This document shows positions 24,444-38,218 of a DNA stretch of 64,000 nt, one piece after another. A program made the position numbers and the translations under genes. This stretch comes from Lepidodermella squamata (Eukaryota > Animalia > Gastrotricha). Every line of letters begins with the position of its first letter. Position 1 is the stretch's first letter. The DNA is taken from assembly GCA_047495785.1 (NCBI GenBank), contig JBLDXI010000034.1, forward strand, positions 620,001 to 684,000. Reading direction: 5' to 3'. Below the pieces are notes generated by a model, which did not search any database, was not told where the DNA came from, and saw only the letters and a program-made list of their open reading frames with translations.

Positions 24444-26288
24444 GGTATGCCTGTACTTGCACAAACGATTTTGCACAAAAGACACTGCACAAATGCACTT
24501 GCACAAAAAATTTTGCACAAACACATTTTTTTCAGCTCGTTCGATTCCTCTTTGAAAATTATTGGCGCTGTCTAAGTCATAAGAAGCATGGCTGTACTGC
24601 GGCTGTCGTTTTTCGCGACAACGGTCCGCAGCTGAAAGGGGAACATTTCGAGCATAGCGCGAACGCAGTGAACGTCGACATTAACCGCTCACTCGCCCGG
24701 CTACGCTTGAAAGCTGTGGAGAACATCGACATTCCGTTGCATACCCTGTACGAAGAGGAGCTGCTTCTTCTTTCAGATCACAACAAGGTTGCGGCTGATG
24801 CTTTCCCGCCGTTCCATAAAATATCCGGTTCTCTGACCCGAGCGCGCAATCGGAATCATCCCAAGATTCCGAAAACGTTTGAAGAGCTACTCGCATCCTT
24901 GAATGCCAACGACAATTAGCGCAAAACGCGAGACGGTAATGACTTTTGTGTCGCTCATTTAGTGACCCACGCTGGTGAAAGGACTTTGAACTCGCTGGTT
25001 TTTTGCAGCACTTCTGGAAAAGAACTTTTAAAAAGTTCAAAGCGCTGGTATCTCGACGGTACTTTTAAGGTAGTGCCCAAGCTTTTTTACCAGTTGTATT
25101 CGATCCACGTCGTTCGCGAAGGCGTGAGCCTGCCGTGCGCTTATGTGTTGATGCAATCGAAGACGGGTGAAGAGTACGATTCGGTCTTCGACTTCATTAA
25201 AGGATTTGTACAGCCTGAGGTTCTCGAGGCGATGACATGCGACTTCGAAACCGGCGTCTTACCTGTGCTGAGGAGGCTTTTCCCTGGAATTATCATTGAA
25301 GGTAATTACTTGAGATTTTCAAGACTTCAAAATTGACTGATTTTGTAATTATTCTAGGTTGTCTCTTCCATTATTGCCAAGCAGTATTGAATTGGTTGAA
25401 AGAGCATGGTTTGATTGTCGAGTATCGTAGAAATGGTGTCTTACGAAAGCTGGTTCGCCGCTTCATGGCACTTGCCCTCCTACCTCTGCGTCACGTTTTC
25501 CCTACCGCCGAGCGCCTGCGTCGACTTGCTCCCGCTCGCATGAAGTCTTTCGTCACGTACTGGTTTCAGACGTGGGGCAACCATCCTGAAGACTGGAATT
25601 GCTACCGCGAGAGCCACAGAACCAACAACAACGTGGAAGGGTGGCACTCACGGCTGAACCGGAAAGCGCGTTTCGTGTCCAAAAACATCTGGAGTTTCAT
25701 CTCGCTCATCAAAAAAGAAGACGACGTAGTGAAGTCCAAGGTTGGGAAACAAGATGCTGGCATCAACCCGAATCGCGTCGTCCGCAAATACGCCCAGGTC
25801 GATGAGCGTGTCCAAATGTTTAGCCGTCGCTGGGCGAAAAAAGAACTAACGACGATGGACTTTTTGGACAAGGTCCAGTCTGCACTACTCAACCTTGATA
25901 ATGTTTTTAATTGATTTGTGTGAGCTGAAGAGTAGTGATGAGGATGAGAAAATCACCTTGGGACCAATTAAAAATGTGCGTGATCGCATTTGGATGAATA
26001 AAGAAGCAGGGCACTTTAATGCGATTAATAAATAAAACAATTGCGCTAGATATAGCTAGTTTTGCATCTATTTCCCAATTTGAAATAGCTTGAACTTTAT
26101 TTAAAAATGACAAGTACTATTAATTGATTTTTTATAAGGTTTTACGTTGTTATTTTATATTCGCTATATGTAATTTTCAAAGAGGAATCGAACGAGCTGA
26201 AAAAAATGTGTTTGTGCAAAATTTTTTGTGCAAGTGCATTTGTGCAGTGTCTTTTGTGCAAAATCGTTTGTGCAAGTACAGGTAAACC
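24444..26288 (+). mobile_element. MULE/Mutator transposon, 5'-deleted derivative
   Basis: Near-perfect ~115-bp TIRs; TSD TGCTAACG (8-9 bp); transposase WRC..C..H, YLDGTF, MTCDFE, GCLFHYCQA, RTNNNVEGWH; in-frame TAG 24917-24919; intron 25302-25357. Confidence 0.92.
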
Positions 26289-27045
26289 TGCTAACGCTAG
26301 CTGCTGACTACCATCTGATGAGCTAGCCCGACCCTACCTGTGGAACCTATCATGGTATATCTAGGAACATCTTTTGACCCAAGTTAGGGTCACAATTCAC
26401 AATGGCTAATTGAATCATTCCCTTGGCGCAGTCTTATTTCGCGCTGTAAGTCGCCGTAGTTACAGCGTCGCACTCGTGTCGCAGTAGTGCATCGAAACTG
26501 CTACAGGAATTCACCAGGGCTAGAGAATAGATAGAACCGCGGGAGCAAAGCAGATAAATGTTAAGACAATCAAGTCGTAATCGTACGAGCTAGTTAGGTT
26601 GACAGTTCGAAACAGGTCGCGTAGAGCGAAGTCGGTATCGACGTAGCCGAGGCGTTGCGCTAGCTTCAAGGGACGAATCATGACGCGAGTCGGGGCGTTG
26701 GCTGGCGATGGTGCAGCGGTAGCGTTTTTGGTAGAGCAGCCATCTAGTCCTCAAACTGGTCAAACGGCTTGAGGTCGATATTGACGACGATGGTGTTCGC
26801 GTTCTGCTCAGCTGGTAACAACGCGTTCTGCTCAGCTGGTAACAACGCGGTGCAGCTTGACTGTGGGAGTCGAACCCAAACAGGATAGCCCTACTTGAAC
26901 TGACTAGTGCTGGCGTAGCGATCAAAGTAGTGTTTAGGACGTAGTCGAGCTCTGTCGAGGTTAGCGAGGGTTGCTTCGCTGGCGTTGCAGAATGCGCTGT
27001 TGTTGAGCCAGGTGATTACCGGCGGACAACGAGCAGGCATGAATA

Positions 27046-27241
27046 CCGTAAAAACTCGTCCTTAATCCTTAAGGGAGGCTCGATCATTAGGTATACCATT
27101 ATCATAAGGTTTCGATCATTAGGTTTATAAGGTGGGTGATTCGAATATAAGACTAGCCTTGTAATTTTTTTTTAACTAAAATGCAGTTTTTTCGGAAAAG
27201 TATGCGAATATAAGACCACCCTTAAGTACGCGTGTTTACGG
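27046..27241. mobile_element. pogo/Tc1-like MITE
   Basis: TA|CCGTAAA...TTTACGG|TA with internal cgaatataagac repeats. Confidence 0.7.
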
Positions 27242-28111
27242 TACGGCGAAAATCAGGTGACCGGGCAGCTTGGCCGAGATGAAACCGGTCGACAGGTTGA
27301 CAGCAGATCGGTAGGCAGCACTTTGTCCTAGTGATGACGGCGATCGGTTGTAGTCGCATCTCGATGAGACAGCAGTTGCAACGTTCGGTATGAGGCGTAG
27401 ATCGTAGATGATCGTACGCATATTTCTTAGGTTTTTTTAGTTTTAATAAAGCTTCTATTTGAAGAAAACCCGAACAAAGCTTCTCGTCGTCTTATTCGAA
27501 ATGGGGTAGCAAATTCCTGTTCGAACATACTGCGGTGCAGCCATATCCTTTTCTAGGCCCTGGGCGTAAACTGGAATCCATAGCAAGGTATGCATGCCGG
27601 AACCGAGGCCAGGTTTTTCGCAGCATTCAAGCAAAGCGGTACCAATTTTGTTTAGCGGCGTGAGCGACTGCAATCCCGAACGCGAGTGAATGATTGATGA
27701 GGCTAATCCAGTTAGATTCTTCTGTTGTCTCCGGGAATCAAGCCTAGCTTGCTTAACTATGTAGAGGCTACACATAGAGCTGGTTTTAAGTTTAAATTAG
27801 TTCAGTTTTTAGCCACGCCCGTCCTATTCGAAACAATGACGTAAAATTACAGTCAAACTCTAGGTGGAATGGTATTTTCCAGAAATTTTTGCCAAGAGAA
27901 CACCCTTATTTCGCCTATATATTTCGCGAAACAAGAGCTATAATCGACGCGAAGAATTATAAGACTTCAGTTCCACGCGTATATCAACGTCTGAACGAAC
28001 GTATAACAACTTAGTACGAAATGGTCACTACTTTGTCTTTAATTGTTACGAAAATATCACAAAATTATTTTTTAAATTATAATCACAAATTATATTTCTG
28101 GTATTGAAGAA

Positions 28112-31100
28112 TTGAACTGTCTGATGAATGTTACAAGCACCTCTCTAGATTTTGACTTGACTGTTAAACTGATATCTTTTGTTGCCTGGAATATCTTTAA
28201 ATTTAGGTTAGAATCATATCCGGATATTATTTATTTGCTTAAGAAATATCTAGTCGTCGCCCTATTGGAAACGTGGCATGATGCCAAATTGGTGCCTCCG
28301 CTTTTACGTAAAGATTTTTATGTAATTCATTCCCCAGCTAAAAAACTTGCCGCATCGAGAGGTAGAAGTTTGTCTGGAGGTATAATTATATATATTCACA
28401 GTTCTTTAAAATCAATTTTGACCTTGCTTTTCAAATCAAGCTACTTGGTTGTCCTCAAACTTGAACTAAAGGATTCAATTATGATAATTGCCTTTTGCTA
28501 CATATTACCTGAAAAATCTGAAAAAATCGAAAAAGAGCGGCGAAAATCTCACACTAATCCTAACTCTAAACCTAAAAAAGCTCAAGGTCGTTTTAAAAAA
28601 TTATGGTCCGAGGCAATAAACAAAATCACAGAAATTCAATCTCAAATTCGCATTGAAAACCTCGCTAACCCCAAAAAAATTGAAATTATTATGATGGGCG
28701 ATTTGAACATACGAACGGGCAACATTAATAAATCTTTTGAACCACTAGACCGAAATATTAATTTTTTTCACAATCAAATACCGCCCAGAAAATCGAGAGA
28801 TATGGAACTATCAAAATCGAGTACCTCCAATCGTAACTTCTTTTTCGAAAAACTAGATGAAATGGGTCTCTATATTGTCAACGGTACGACAACCTCGGAT
28901 GAATTTGGCGAATTTACGCATAAAAAATTGGGGGACAATCATAAACAAGCTTTCACTGTAGTCGACTACGCGCTTGCCTCCGAGACCCTGTTCGAAAAAA
29001 TTCATGATTTCGAAGTAATTTTAGGTGAGGGGATCTCTGATCACTACGCGATCTGTCTGACTTTGAACACCGAGCTTAACATTGGGAATAGCGAGGAGGA
29101 TATCTCTGGTCATCAGGTTGATTTTCGGGTTAACAAGAGTTATTTCGCATCGCTGTGGGAAAGGTTCGAGGTCGATGAGCGCGAACGCAACGATACCCTG
29201 AATTCGCTAATCCTTAAGCTATATAAAACGGGTAAAAAAGCTCTATACTTCAAAAAACGGAGGCAAGAAAACTCAGAGCATGTATCGTTTTTTGACGGCG
29301 AATGCCAAATCAAACGTGAAATAGTTAGAAAATCTAGGAAACTAGCTACTAGACATCCTTCAAACTCGCTATATAAAGCTGAGATGGATAAACACGAAGT
29401 AGAATACAAGCAGTTACTCCGCTTGAAAAAAGAACAGCTTGAGGACAGCCTGAAGGCGGAAGCCGTAGACTTTGCCGACTTACTCGAAACACACCCGTCT
29501 GATTTTTTCAAACTTGCCAAAGAACTCGACCGTCTGAAGAGCATAGAAACCAACGTTGATTTGCCTGATGCCACAGAAATAATTAGTTTTTTCAGCCGGC
29601 TGTTCACAGCCTCAACAACGGGACCTGTCAGCCCCGCGTCGCCAGCAGTTGTAGCACGGGTTACGAACGACCCACATGACCTAGCTCTCGTAAAACCAGT
29701 ATCAATAGAAGAAATAGAGTTTATTATATCCAAATCTAATTCTAGTTCCTGCGCCGGAATAGACCAAATTGACTACGAATGTCTGAAATTAGACGGCTGT
29801 AAACGGGGTTTATATCCCTTCCTAGCAGTTCTATATACTAAGATCCTTGAAACGGGCGAATACCCAGAATGCTGGCGTAAAGCATTGCTGATCCCTATTT
29901 ATAAGAAAAACAGCCGATTAGATCCTAAAAATTATAGACCTATCTCACTTCTGTCAGTATTTTCCAAAATATTTTCAAGTATCCTAGAGAAACGCTTGCG
30001 AGAATGGTGCACGGCTAAAAAGATTTTGCGACCCGAACAGTTCGGATTCACGCCAAAAATAGGCACAGTAGATGCGTGTACTCTATTCTACGCCATCGTG
30101 GCTTATTACCTTACTAGGAAAAAGAAAATATACACAGCCTTCGTAGATTTTTCAAATGCGTTCGACAAAATTAGCCGTGCTCTCTTAATGAAGAAGCTCA
30201 GAAAAATAGGACTGCCTTTGTCCTTTATTGAGGTCATTAGGAACATGTATGCCGACAATACATTGCTGCTTAGAATGAAATCGACTATTCTATTCGATAA
30301 GCCAATAAAGTCAAACGTGGGAGTCCGACAGGGTGACCCATTATCACCACTTTTGTTTTCAATTTTTATAAACGATCTCATTCCTTTCCTAATGAAAGTT
30401 TTCCCTGGCTTGACCTTCGGTGAATATGTAGTCTTGGCAATCCTATACGCCGATGACTTGGTCCTACTGGCAGAAAGCGCTGAGCAGCTGCAGAGCCTCC
30501 TGGATGAGCTAGTAGCTTATGCTGAAGAAAATTCATTAATAATTAACGTCGATAAAACAAAAATCTTGATTTTTGAAAAGAAATTTGTTGAGAATAATCA
30601 ACTAAAATTTTATCTAAACGGCGAACAACTCGAAAGAGTTAAAGAATTTAAATACCTAGGAGTTTATTTTACTAATAATTTGAATTTTGATAAAATGGTG
30701 GAGGTTGTCAATGCGAATGCGAAACGAATTGCCGCTTTTATACCCAACATGATCGATCGGTTCACCACATATCTACCACCCAAAACGTTTCACCTTCTCT
30801 ATAATTCCTATCTGGTTAGCAACTATTCCTATGCTGGAGGATTTTGGGGTCAATCAAAAAAGGCCACAATTTTTCCTTTCAATACTCATTTCGTAAAACA
30901 GCTCTGCCGAATTCCCGCCGCGGCGAGAGACGAGCTCGTGAAACGTGAATTCTACCTAGACCCTCCAAGCCTAATCCTCACTAAAGCAGCTATACGTCAC
31001 TTTCTTAAACTCAAATTCGAGGACAACCATATACTGCTGAAGACAGCTTTCGAAATAATTGACTCAAACAAAAATCTATATAAACATATCTTCAAAAATT

Positions 31101-31740
31101 TACCAGAAGATGTTGAAAAACTGGGCGGAAAAGAAATTTTCAATGCTACATCTAAATTTGAGGGCCTAGCCCTGCTTGAGAGATGGTATGAGAAATGGGT
31201 CGAAAATGACAAATGGTCGACGGCCTCTTCTCTAAAATCGCTCTATCAAAATCCTGTTTACTCTGAAGAAAAATTTGACAAACTACTAATGTACTCGAGT
31301 ACGCGGCAAGCTTTCTGGTCACTTAAAAATATCCAAACGCTAGCTATGATTAGAACTAATTCCATGCATAAACCGTTTTGCTATATAAATAACTTCGGCC
31401 TTAGATGTATTTTCTGCTATAAAAATAGTAACAATCCCGTCCTATCTCTAAATAGCTTCGCTGACTCAGTAGAACTTTAAACTCACCTATACCTAGAATG
31501 CAACTACTTGCCGTATCTACATAATATAAATAACGCTGAAATGAAACCTGATAAAACTGACATAATTAATTCTATAATTTGCTGTGAATCTAGCGGCTCT
31601 GCACATTTATCGAAATTACTATCCCTCGCCTACAATTACCGGATGACTCTAAAATTGCATACATATCCGCCTATTCCATCTACCTAATCTTGACCAACTA
31701 TATCGGCAATATTAATAAAAAATGTGAATAAATACTCTGA
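28112..31740 (+). mobile_element. APE-RT non-LTR retrotransposon ORF2 (clade uncertain)
   Basis: ETW, MGDLN, VDY, SDH endonuclease motifs; NYRPISLL, GVRQGDPLSP, YADD RT motifs; TAA at 31478-31480 interrupts the CIFC..HLYLEC knuckle and the frame continues to 31687. Flanked by MULE-type tacgaaa repeats (28014-28060, 31880-31950). Confidence 0.93.
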
Positions 31741-32075
31741 GCATCACTCTGGAAAAAACTACCTCTGCCTATGATATTTTTGTGTGTGTGGTACCATACT
31801 GTGCTATATTACATATGGCCGGTGCTTTTATTTTCGTTTTGAAACAATGAAACCAACAGCTCTCTTATATCACTGAAATTGTTATGAAAAATCACTACTT
31901 TGTTACGAAATGACTGTGTTACGAAAATACGGGTACGAAATTACCTTTAATCGTTTGGGGCAAGTTAGGCAGTGAAAAAATGCATATTTACACGTTTCCA
32001 AGGGTCCTGATTGCAAAAATTCATGTATCCCAATTCGCCCCAGGTATGGGGGAAATTGGGCAGGTGTTTTGGGGC

Positions 32076-32646
32076 CAGGGTTGGGGTTTATACAGATATT
32101 TTAAATTTCGGATCTGTTTAAACACATGTTTCTAAGGGGGTTTCCAAGGTCAAAGGAAGCGGTTTTGCCGATTTTTTTGAACATTTCAACAGGCACGAAA
32201 CCGCCCAATTATACCCTACCGGAAGCATGAACTGATTTCGCGATATCTTCGTTATTATGATAGATAGAGGCTTGAAACTTTGGATTCAAGGGTAACTTTT
32301 GCCGCTGAACAAGCTGGTGACATCAGCTATATAGCATTCGACACCGATTATCGGTTATCGATTATCGGTTATTGGTGATCGATCAGCTGACTGATTGACA
32401 TTTACTCAGCCATTTTCGATGGTTTCTTCAGAGCTCAGAGCTTATATCTAACATCAGCTACATCATAAGCAAATGTTAGGGAAACCTGATCTATATTTTC
32501 ATGCTCCGATATACCATTTACGTTAGATCGTAGTTAAAACACTGTTCGACCTGTATAAACCCTGTTTTTTCAGATTTTTCGGACCTGTTTAAACAGTATG
32601 TTTAAACATACTGTATAAACAGACTGTTTAAACAGCCCCAACCCTG
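32076..32646. mobile_element. hAT-type MITE
   Basis: CAGGGTTGGGG...CCCCAACCCTG with perfect 8-bp TSD TTTGGGGC. Confidence 0.9.
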
Positions 32647-32671
32647 TTTGGGGCGGATTGGGTAGCTTAAT

Positions 32672-33273
32672 ACCTACCACCTACCATCATTTACGCGAGC
32701 GAATCATGGAACATATCGGTAGCCCAAGAAAACTGATTAAACACTATTGAATATCGTTGGCTCCGATCAATAGTAGGTGGACTACATGCCAAACATAGAC
32801 ATAAGGCTGGCTCTATGCGGAGGTCTCATTGAAGTGAGCCGCATAGCTGAAAAACAACGGTTAAGGTACTTCGGACACATTGTTAGATCACGCGACTATG
32901 GCGCAGAAGGACTAATTAACAAAATTTATATTTGGACGCCTCCGTTGGGATGGTTTGCACCTAGAGGACGACCCAAAACTAGATGGATCCACGGAGTGCA
33001 TAGAAGTTTTTTAAAGTAGGAATGACTAAGGAATTGCGCCGGAAAAAGAAAACTAGCACTAAGAATAAGGCCAAGAATAAGAAGGGCAAAACGCCAAAGA
33101 AAAAAGGGAAGAAAAAATCCGGCGAAAAGGAGTTTGAAATTAAAATTATACCCGCTTTTCAACTAGCTGAAATGGTGTATTTTGAAAAAGATGAATGGCG
33201 CATGATTGTTAACTCGATTGAAAACTATGAATTTTTCGGAAAAAGCAAGATCTTCAACTGTGGGGGTGGGTAA
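32672..33273 (+). mobile_element. RTE-clade LINE 3' fragment
   Basis: IYASESW..RWLRSI..RLRYFGHIVR..PRGRPKTRW. Confidence 0.8.
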
Positions 33274-33699
33274 GAGTTTCTCTTTGCCTGCCTTCGCCCT
33301 CTTCAAAACCGGAAACGGTACATGACGCTCAGTCTAGAAGAGGCTTAAATAAAAAATAAAACTATTATAATTATAAAATGGTAAACTAATTTTGATCATA
33401 TTCCTGGCCCTCCGCCTGACTGTCCCATGTGGTCGGAGGACGTTTAAAAGGTTGTAATAATAAAATAGACTAATTAAACCAAATGACCAATTCGCCCCCA
33501 TATTGATTTTTCCATGTGGCAATTTTGGCGCAATTACCTGGCCATAGCTGTGCATCGCCTCGGGTTGCCGTTTTTTCCTTGTTATCACCAAAAGAAATGG
33601 TCGAAGGAAAAAATGTCTTCTGAACTCAAAGCCTTATTTCGATTGGTTACAGATAATTCATTTCATATGGGTCGTTTATACTTTATACCCGCCTAAACT

Positions 33700-35028
33700 T
33701 ACCTGTAAATATTGGCTTGCCGTGGCCTCATTCTGTGACATAACTGGCTGAAAGCTTTTACAGATGTAGAGGGTCTGTTGAAGATCATCTACACAAATCT
33801 TTTCAAAGATCTGACTGGCAGTCTATGAGCTATTAAAGGTAATGCGATGACATCAATTTTCGACAAATATAACATGTTTTCTGAGTAGAGCTTTGCCTAA
33901 TCGATTTGTTTGTTATTTGGTCTAATAGCTGCTGTAAATTGAATCCAAGTCAGCGTCATCTACTCTTCAAGTTGAATATAATTCAGAGCCTATGTCTGGA
34001 GCCTATATCTCTATTCTTTTATGGCAGCAATCTGATCAAGAGTGGCTCGAGGTTCAGCTTCTTATTCGAACTGGCGTGATGAAACAATCTTTGCACCGAT
34101 AATGCTTCCTATTTTCCACCCAATAGTAGGCGAAACCCTTAGAAGACAGAGGTTTGTTGTTCCTGGTCGTAGTATAAAACCGGTTAGGAATCAAAAGAGC
34201 ATTCGGCATTTCCGGCCGCGGCAGCTGGCCGAGATGGCATTGCCATAATAGGTTGAAATAAATTATTCGGCGCAACAACTGGGGCGACAAAAGGTGGAAC
34301 TGTTCGCTGCAACCCTGGATGATTCTGGTAGAATTGCTGTCGAAACTGCTGCCATTGATACCACTGCTGTTGTTGTTGCTGCTGTTGCCACTGCTGCCAA
34401 TTGTAAAACTGCGCTTCATTAGCAATGGGTAATGGAGTGGCTGTAGGAAGCACAGGTCGATCAGCGGTAGCATTAACTGAGGCGTAGTAGACCTAGGCGT
34501 CGAAGTTTCACGGGGACCTAATCCACCGATGGTCGTATTCGCGAAGGTAACACTAGACATTGAAGTTGACGCTGAATTAGAAAGATCAACGGCAACAGGC
34601 GCTGCATTCTTAGCAGAATGAGTCTTGCTCGTGTGAATATTTAAGCCTCAGTCATTTTGTATGATTTATTGCATAGAGTAGAAACTTTCATTCTTTACTA
34701 CTTATGATAAATCACTACTGCTACTAATGGATGAAACCCACTACTACTACCACCTGCTACTACGAATGACGAACGCGAGAGATCTCGCGCAATCTAGACA
34801 CGAGCCATTATATTAACGATATGAAAAGATCACCACTTTCGAATTCCGAACACACCTTGTTATAAAAAGATCACCTTTTGCGAACTACAATTCAAGTTGA
34901 ATTTTTGTCACAAAAAGATCACCACTTTTGATATGAAACTGTATGTGTATGAATTTACTCCATATGAAAACCGTATGTTATGAAATGATCACCGTACGAA
35001 AAGCCAGTTACGAAATTACTATGAATCC
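33700..35028 (-). mobile_element. Degenerate MULE-like element (C2H2, Q-rich, FLYWCH-like N-terminus)
   Basis: TIR-like gaaa(a/t)gatcac repeats at 34820-35028 ending GAATCC as at 42822; GLNIHTSKTH, poly-Q and GFAYYW..YRCKDC on the minus strand. Left boundary uncertain. Confidence 0.45.
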
Positions 35029-35332
35029 TTAGAGCACATGCGGTCATTTTCAACTACTACATAGCTAGATAAAAGAATACTCTTGTATGTAGGTAATATC
35101 TAAGTTTGAAATTCTGGGTTTCACCCGGCGCTCCTTCTCCGACCGCAGGGAGGATAAGGATTCCAATAAATCGCGTTAGTTTTAACTGCAGCAGAAACTT
35201 GGGATGGGGTTATCCCAGTCGTATAAAAGCTGACCCTAGCACGTGAGTAGCATGTGATCGAACGGCCTAGGCATCTCAAAATCACCGTGTTCAATCCCAA
35301 TAACCGCAACATCAATCATCCATGCATTGAAT

Positions 35333-35840
35333 GCGGCGTTTATCAAGCTGACAGGAAGGGTTGACAGGAAGCGTGAAACCGCCAAGCAAATCCTCCCTTC
35401 TGGAATGGGCCGCCATTTACCGGTAATATATGGTAAAGATGTGGCTACTCAGCGGCCAAAGCAATCATGGGAATAGTCGGCTCCTAAGCATTGTGAAGAT
35501 GGCATACGTCTGATACCAAATGCTAAATTTTAAAAGGCAATAAAGAGTACTTCTGGTTAGATCTAATTAAGAGACTGTTTCGATTGTTCGTAAGGCTTCG
35601 ACCTTCGACCGTTAGTAGATTGTAGGATTCACGCACGATCGATAAGTAGCACGATCGATAAGTCTATAGTTTCCGTCTAAGTAGCTGTCAAGTTCTAGGT
35701 GGAGTTTGAGCCCCAAACCGACAAACTTGGCTTTCTATCTTTGATCAGAAGTTGTGTTGTGTTTTGGAGGTGGTTGTTTGAGGCGATAGTTTCAAATTAT
35801 CCAGGGGCCCAAACCACATTATCAGCTTGATAAACGCCAC
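35333..35840. mobile_element. MITE-like element with 17-bp TIR
   Basis: ggcgtttatcaagctga / tcagcttgataaacgcc. Confidence 0.55.
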
Positions 35841-37628
35841 AACAACGAAATAATGGAATATTTTCCTAACAGAGTAGCCAGCAGCCACTTTCGGAATCTC
35901 AGCCGAAGCAACCTTTCTACCCTATTTTTGCTGAAACCTCAAAACAGGAGTTTAACTTTGTGGTAAGCTCAGATTTCACTAAACTCCTAAAGAATCTGAT
36001 AAGAAGCCTCTGTCAATCTATCGGAGATTCTAATCATTCTAGAAGAAAATTTTGCTGCGATTCAAAATGGACAACTATGGAAAACATTCCTACTCCGTCC
36101 CATGAACAGACCAGGTCAGAATTACTAAAATCGTGGGTAATTTAAAGCACATGCTTTCAATGTCCTACTTTCAGCAAAAATGATGCGGGAGATCTAAGAA
36201 AGAATGATGATAAAAATGAAAAAACAAGAGAACAAAATGTGCAAATATACCATGTTACTGCGGAAGAATCGATCGCTCTCGTCTGAGTGCATTCTCTTGT
36301 GCATGCACCAACATGCTATTAGCCCTGTGTATAACCATATACTCGCATATACTCCGCACAGTTTTTATGGGCGTATATCAGAATGCAGCCTATCGGTCTG
36401 TTTTAGCGCAAAACCATCGACATGTTTTTTGCCCGAAATTTCCAACAACTCGCCGAGTCGTTTTTGGAGCGATTTTTTCTAAGTCGCACGCATCAACGAC
36501 CCGCCCAACGAAGGCAGAAGAAGAAAAAACTCATTTTCCTGCCAATTTTTTCCAAGTTATGCCTGATGATTCATTATGCCAAGCAACAAATACGTACTAT
36601 TAATTTATAGGCGTGCGATATTTCAGCAGGAGACAAAACCGCAGGCATTTTTTGATATGATGCGATTATGTGACAATTTGAGAAAATTTGGTTCCGGTAA
36701 CAGGAAGACCCCATTACGATTCCAAAATAGTGCGCAATCGTTATTCGGCGACATTTGCGCTGGCGACAGCCCAGCAAGGGACAGATCAGCCTTAATTGAC
36801 AGTCGAAATGCGAGCTCAGTTTAAATACAAGTTCGGATTAGATTTATCAAATTCTGATGAAATTTCGGCTAAATTGCTTCATTGTCGCCAGCTGAAATGT
36901 CGTCAAATAAACCAAAATTTTTGCAAAAGAATAATTGATTTTAGCGTGAAAAAAATGCGAGTAATGCGAGCGTGGCCGTCAGTAACGATTCGGATCATAG
37001 TGATCACATTATAATAAGTGAAGCTACATTGCTTATTTGTCACCTGCTGAAATGTCGTCAAACATAGAATCTTTTGGATTGCGTGAAAGCTTGCTTCACC
37101 TTCGAGTCTGGAAAATGACATTTTTGTCTTGATTTGGCCGAGCGCTTCACATCGGGCTGATTTGACGCGGCTGAAATGTCGACACTTAATATCATAGCCT
37201 AAACGCGCTGATTTGCAATATTTCCTGTTGATTTCCTATTTGAACAATTGAAAAGTTAATCGATCGCAACATTATGACTCTCAATACCGACTGAAATTTC
37301 AGTTGGCCAGAGGCCAAATTATACAACCTGTCTAAATATTACCGATTCTATTGACTTCTCAGGTCGCCAGAGCAGTTACACAGCCAACCATTTCTTTATT
37401 GATTTAATCTAATAACAAAATCAGAGTGTTTCATTTGATAAACGAGATTTTGTTAATGCAAAAAATCGAATAAATAAATGCCTCTGATTATTGTTTTTGC
37501 TACTAACAAAATCAGGATAAAGAAATACGCACACTTGATTGTTTTTAACATAAATGGATAAAGAAATGGTCTCTGTTTTTTGCCTTGTTTTCAACAAAAT
37601 CTGTTGAGAATAAAGAAACGCACCCGTT

Positions 37629-37728
37629 CCCTGTTCCGAAAGGAACATCTACTGGCGCTAGTTGAAGGCATCGATGGCCGTCCGCTCGACCCGCCGGAGG
37701 ATCCCTCCTTGCTGGTCAGCTGGCTGGC
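37629..37728 (+). mobile_element. Continuation of Copia gag
   Basis: (S)LFRKEHLLALVEGIDGRPLDPP, in frame with 18886-19057 after removing family X. Confidence 0.75.
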
Positions 37729-38218
37729 TTTTTCTTCTTCTGCCTTCGTTGGGCGGGTCCTTGATGCGTGCGACTTGGAAAAAATCGCTCCAGAAACGAC
37801 TCGACGAGTGGTTGGTAATTTCGGGGAAAAAACATGTTTAATGAATGAAACGCTATCTGATTTTGTTAGTAGCTTCAAAAATAAACCGAGTAAAGAAATG
37901 CGTTCTAGTTGAACTAATAATTTCAACAAAAATAAAGAAATGGTCTGTTTATGGCTTGTTTTGTTAATAATTTCATCTCTGTTGGAGATAAAGAAACGCA
38001 AATCACGCTTTTAGCCTTTAGCCTGAAGCCTGAGACAATAAGTTCCGACATTTCAGCCGGGTCAAATCAGCCCAATGTGAAGCGCTTAGCCAAATCAAGA
38101 CAAAAATGTCATTTTTCAGACTTCAGAAGGTGGAGAAAGCTCTCTCGCAATAAAAAGTTTCTCTTTTTCGACATTATTGCAGGTGACAAATAAGCAATGT
38201 AGCCTCACTTATTATAAT
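37729..38218 (-). mobile_element. Family X fragments, inverted
   Basis: Reverse-complement similarity to 19060-19227, 36420-36530 and 37010-37180. Confidence 0.8.

Larger units (their letters stand above)
19228..36419 (-). mobile_element. Sola1-type DNA transposon (17.2 kb including nested insertions)
   Basis: TIR CGATGATTTTGCGCTA / TAGCGCAAAACCATCG; 4-bp TSD ACAT (19224-27 / 36420-23); the empty site taaacatgttt is visible in family X copies near 37831 and 55971. Confidence 0.85.
19058..37625 (+). mobile_element. Harbinger-like non-autonomous element (family X) split by the Sola1 insertion
   Basis: TIR GGGTGCGTTTCTTTAT...ATAAAGAAACGCACCC; 3-bp TSD GTT (19055-57 / 37626-28); removing it restores gag RHLR-SLFRKE. 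Its own sequence is 19058-19227 plus 36420-37625. Confidence 0.8.

Noticed and set aside
26590-26925. Ser/Arg-rich ORF with a 24-bp tandem duplication
   Set aside because: Low complexity and no motif; cannot be supported as a gene.
29140-29733. 197-aa minus-strand ORF
   Set aside because: Antisense shadow of LINE ORF2 with no motifs.
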